Source: Escherichia coli
GTDB taxonomy: Bacteria > Pseudomonadota > Gammaproteobacteria > Enterobacterales > Enterobacteriaceae
Direction: 5' to 3' (one strand)
DNA: 212 nt
Assembly (NCBI RefSeq): GCF_003334255.1
Contig: NZ_QOWU01000281.1
A program made the position numbers and the translations under genes. How positions within the stretch are numbered: the first letter of the stretch is position 1; every line of letters starts with the position of its first letter. The notes below the pieces were generated by a model. The model searched no databases. It worked only from the letters and a program-made list of their open reading frames with translations, and was not told the DNA's origin. Of this stretch, positions 1 to 212 are shown one piece after another.

Positions 1-22
1 AAAAACGAGTATTTTTAGTCAT
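1..22 (-). CDS. IS3-family transposase OrfA (N-terminal helix-turn-helix subunit), 5' end only: start codon plus six codons, continuing beyond the window
   Basis: Minus-strand ATG at 22-20 followed by ACT AAA AAT ACT CGT TTT encodes M-T-K-N-T-R-F. This matches the recalled N-terminus of IS629/IS1203 OrfA (MTKNTRFSPEVRQ...). The start is preceded by a GAGG SD with a 7-nt spacer. Confidence 0.8.
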
Positions 23-34
23 CCTGTTTACCTC
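23..34 (-). promoter_or_regulatory. Ribosome-binding site for orfA
   Basis: The minus strand reads GAGGTAAACAGG immediately 5' of the ATG. GAGG lies at plus-strand positions 31-34, 7 nt from the start codon, and a second AGG directly abuts the ATG. Confidence 0.6.
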
Positions 35-51
35 TTTCTCAGGAAGTTTAG

Positions 52-76
52 TCTCCAGGATTCCCGGGGCGGTTCA
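52..76 (-). repeat. Left terminal inverted repeat (IRL) of the IS element; outer boundary at position 76, inner boundary approximate
   Basis: The outermost bases on the minus strand are TGAACCGCCCCGGGAATCCTGGAGA. IS3-family elements carry imperfect terminal IRs of roughly 25-40 bp beginning 5'-TG. The inner limit cannot be set without the right end (IRR), which is outside the window. Confidence 0.7.
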
Positions 77-208
77 ACCGTGTGGCTGTCACTTAGTCTG
101 GCGGCTATCGTGAACCGTTCAGCGAGTCGGACATTAAGAGCGCGGTTGTAGATTCAATTGGTCAACGCAACAGTTATGTGAAAACATGGGGTTGCGGAGG
201 TTTTTTGA
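77..208. other. DNA flanking the IS insertion; apparently non-coding, identity unknown
   Basis: Plus-strand stops at 94, 111, 135, 149, 179 and 206 interrupt two of three frames. The remaining frame (97-212) has no ATG and no SD-associated start. The minus strand also carries multiple stops. I do not recognise the locus. Confidence 0.5.
196..200 (+). promoter_or_regulatory. Putative Shine-Dalgarno sequence (GGAGG) for a downstream plus-strand gene
   Basis: A perfect GGAGG core lies 8 nt upstream of the ATG at 209-211, which is canonical spacing. Confidence 0.35.
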
Positions 209-212
209 ATGA
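209..212 (+). CDS. Possible start of an unidentified plus-strand CDS running off the 3' end of the window (only ATG plus 1 nt visible)
   Basis: ATG at 209-211 sits 8 nt after GGAGG, and an in-frame TGA at 206-208 lies immediately upstream, so an ORF would begin fresh here. The call rests only on SD and start-codon geometry; there is no coding sequence to assess. Confidence 0.3.

Larger units (their letters stand above)
1..76 (-). mobile_element. Left end of an IS3-family insertion sequence (IS629/IS1203/IS3411-type); partial, the element body continues beyond window position 1
   Basis: The reverse complement of 1-76 reads TGAACCGCCCCGGGAATCCTGGAGACTAAACTTCCTGAGAAAGAGGTAAACAGGATGACTAAAAATACTCGTTTTT. 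This starts with the 5'-TG dinucleotide typical of IS3-family termini and runs through an SD into an ORF beginning MTKNTRF. From memory this matches the IS629/IS1203 left end and OrfA N-terminus; no database search was run. Confidence 0.85.

Noticed and set aside
45-77. Possible promoter for orfA: hybrid -35-like TTGAAC (flank T77 plus IS tip) with -10-like TAAACT (50-45) on the minus strand
   Set aside because: The spacer between the hexamers is 21 nt, well outside the functional 16-18 nt range, and the alternative -10 (AGACTA at 17-nt spacing) is a poor match. IS3-family junction promoters are known, but the right end needed to evaluate one is not in the window.
176-181. Start-stop pair ATG-TGA
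   Set aside because: There is no upstream Shine-Dalgarno, and such hexamers occur frequently by chance in a window of this length.
166-206. Rho-independent terminator for an upstream plus-strand gene
   Set aside because: The stem is only 6 bp with a 19-nt loop, a 4-nt purine gap separates it from the T-run, and no plus-strand gene ends upstream of it in the window. The T-run is more simply the SD-to-ATG spacer.
97-212. Plus-strand frame open across the flank (SGGYREPFSESDIKSAVVDSIGQRNSYVKTWGCGGFLN...)
   Set aside because: It has no ATG. The only in-frame alternative starts are GTG178, which lacks an SD, and TTG205, only 4 nt after GGAGG. The translation has no recognisable motif, and the frame begins just after a stop next to the IS boundary. 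Most likely a chance open frame.
1-212. CRISPR repeats, tRNA or rRNA genes, or a multi-gene defence or novel system
   Set aside because: There are no direct repeats of CRISPR length, no cloverleaf-compatible sequence and no conserved rRNA segments. The window holds only an IS end, about 130 bp of flank and 4 nt of a possible gene, so nothing supports a system-level claim.

Overview
This 212-bp window is the junction between the left end of an IS3-family insertion sequence and its flanking DNA; I see no evidence of a novel biological system. Positions 1-76 (read on the minus strand) match, from memory, the IS629/IS1203/IS3411-type left terminus: the terminal inverted repeat starting 5'-TGAACCGCCCCGGGAATCCTGGAGAC..., a GAGG Shine-Dalgarno, and the first seven codons of the OrfA transposase subunit (MTKNTRF...), which continues beyond the window start. 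Positions 77-208 are flanking DNA with stop codons in most frames and no convincing gene. At the 3' edge, a GGAGG Shine-Dalgarno followed 8 nt later by ATG (209-211) suggests a plus-strand gene begins there, but only 4 nt are visible. No rRNA, tRNA or CRISPR features are supportable. All family assignments rest on recalled sequence, not a database search.
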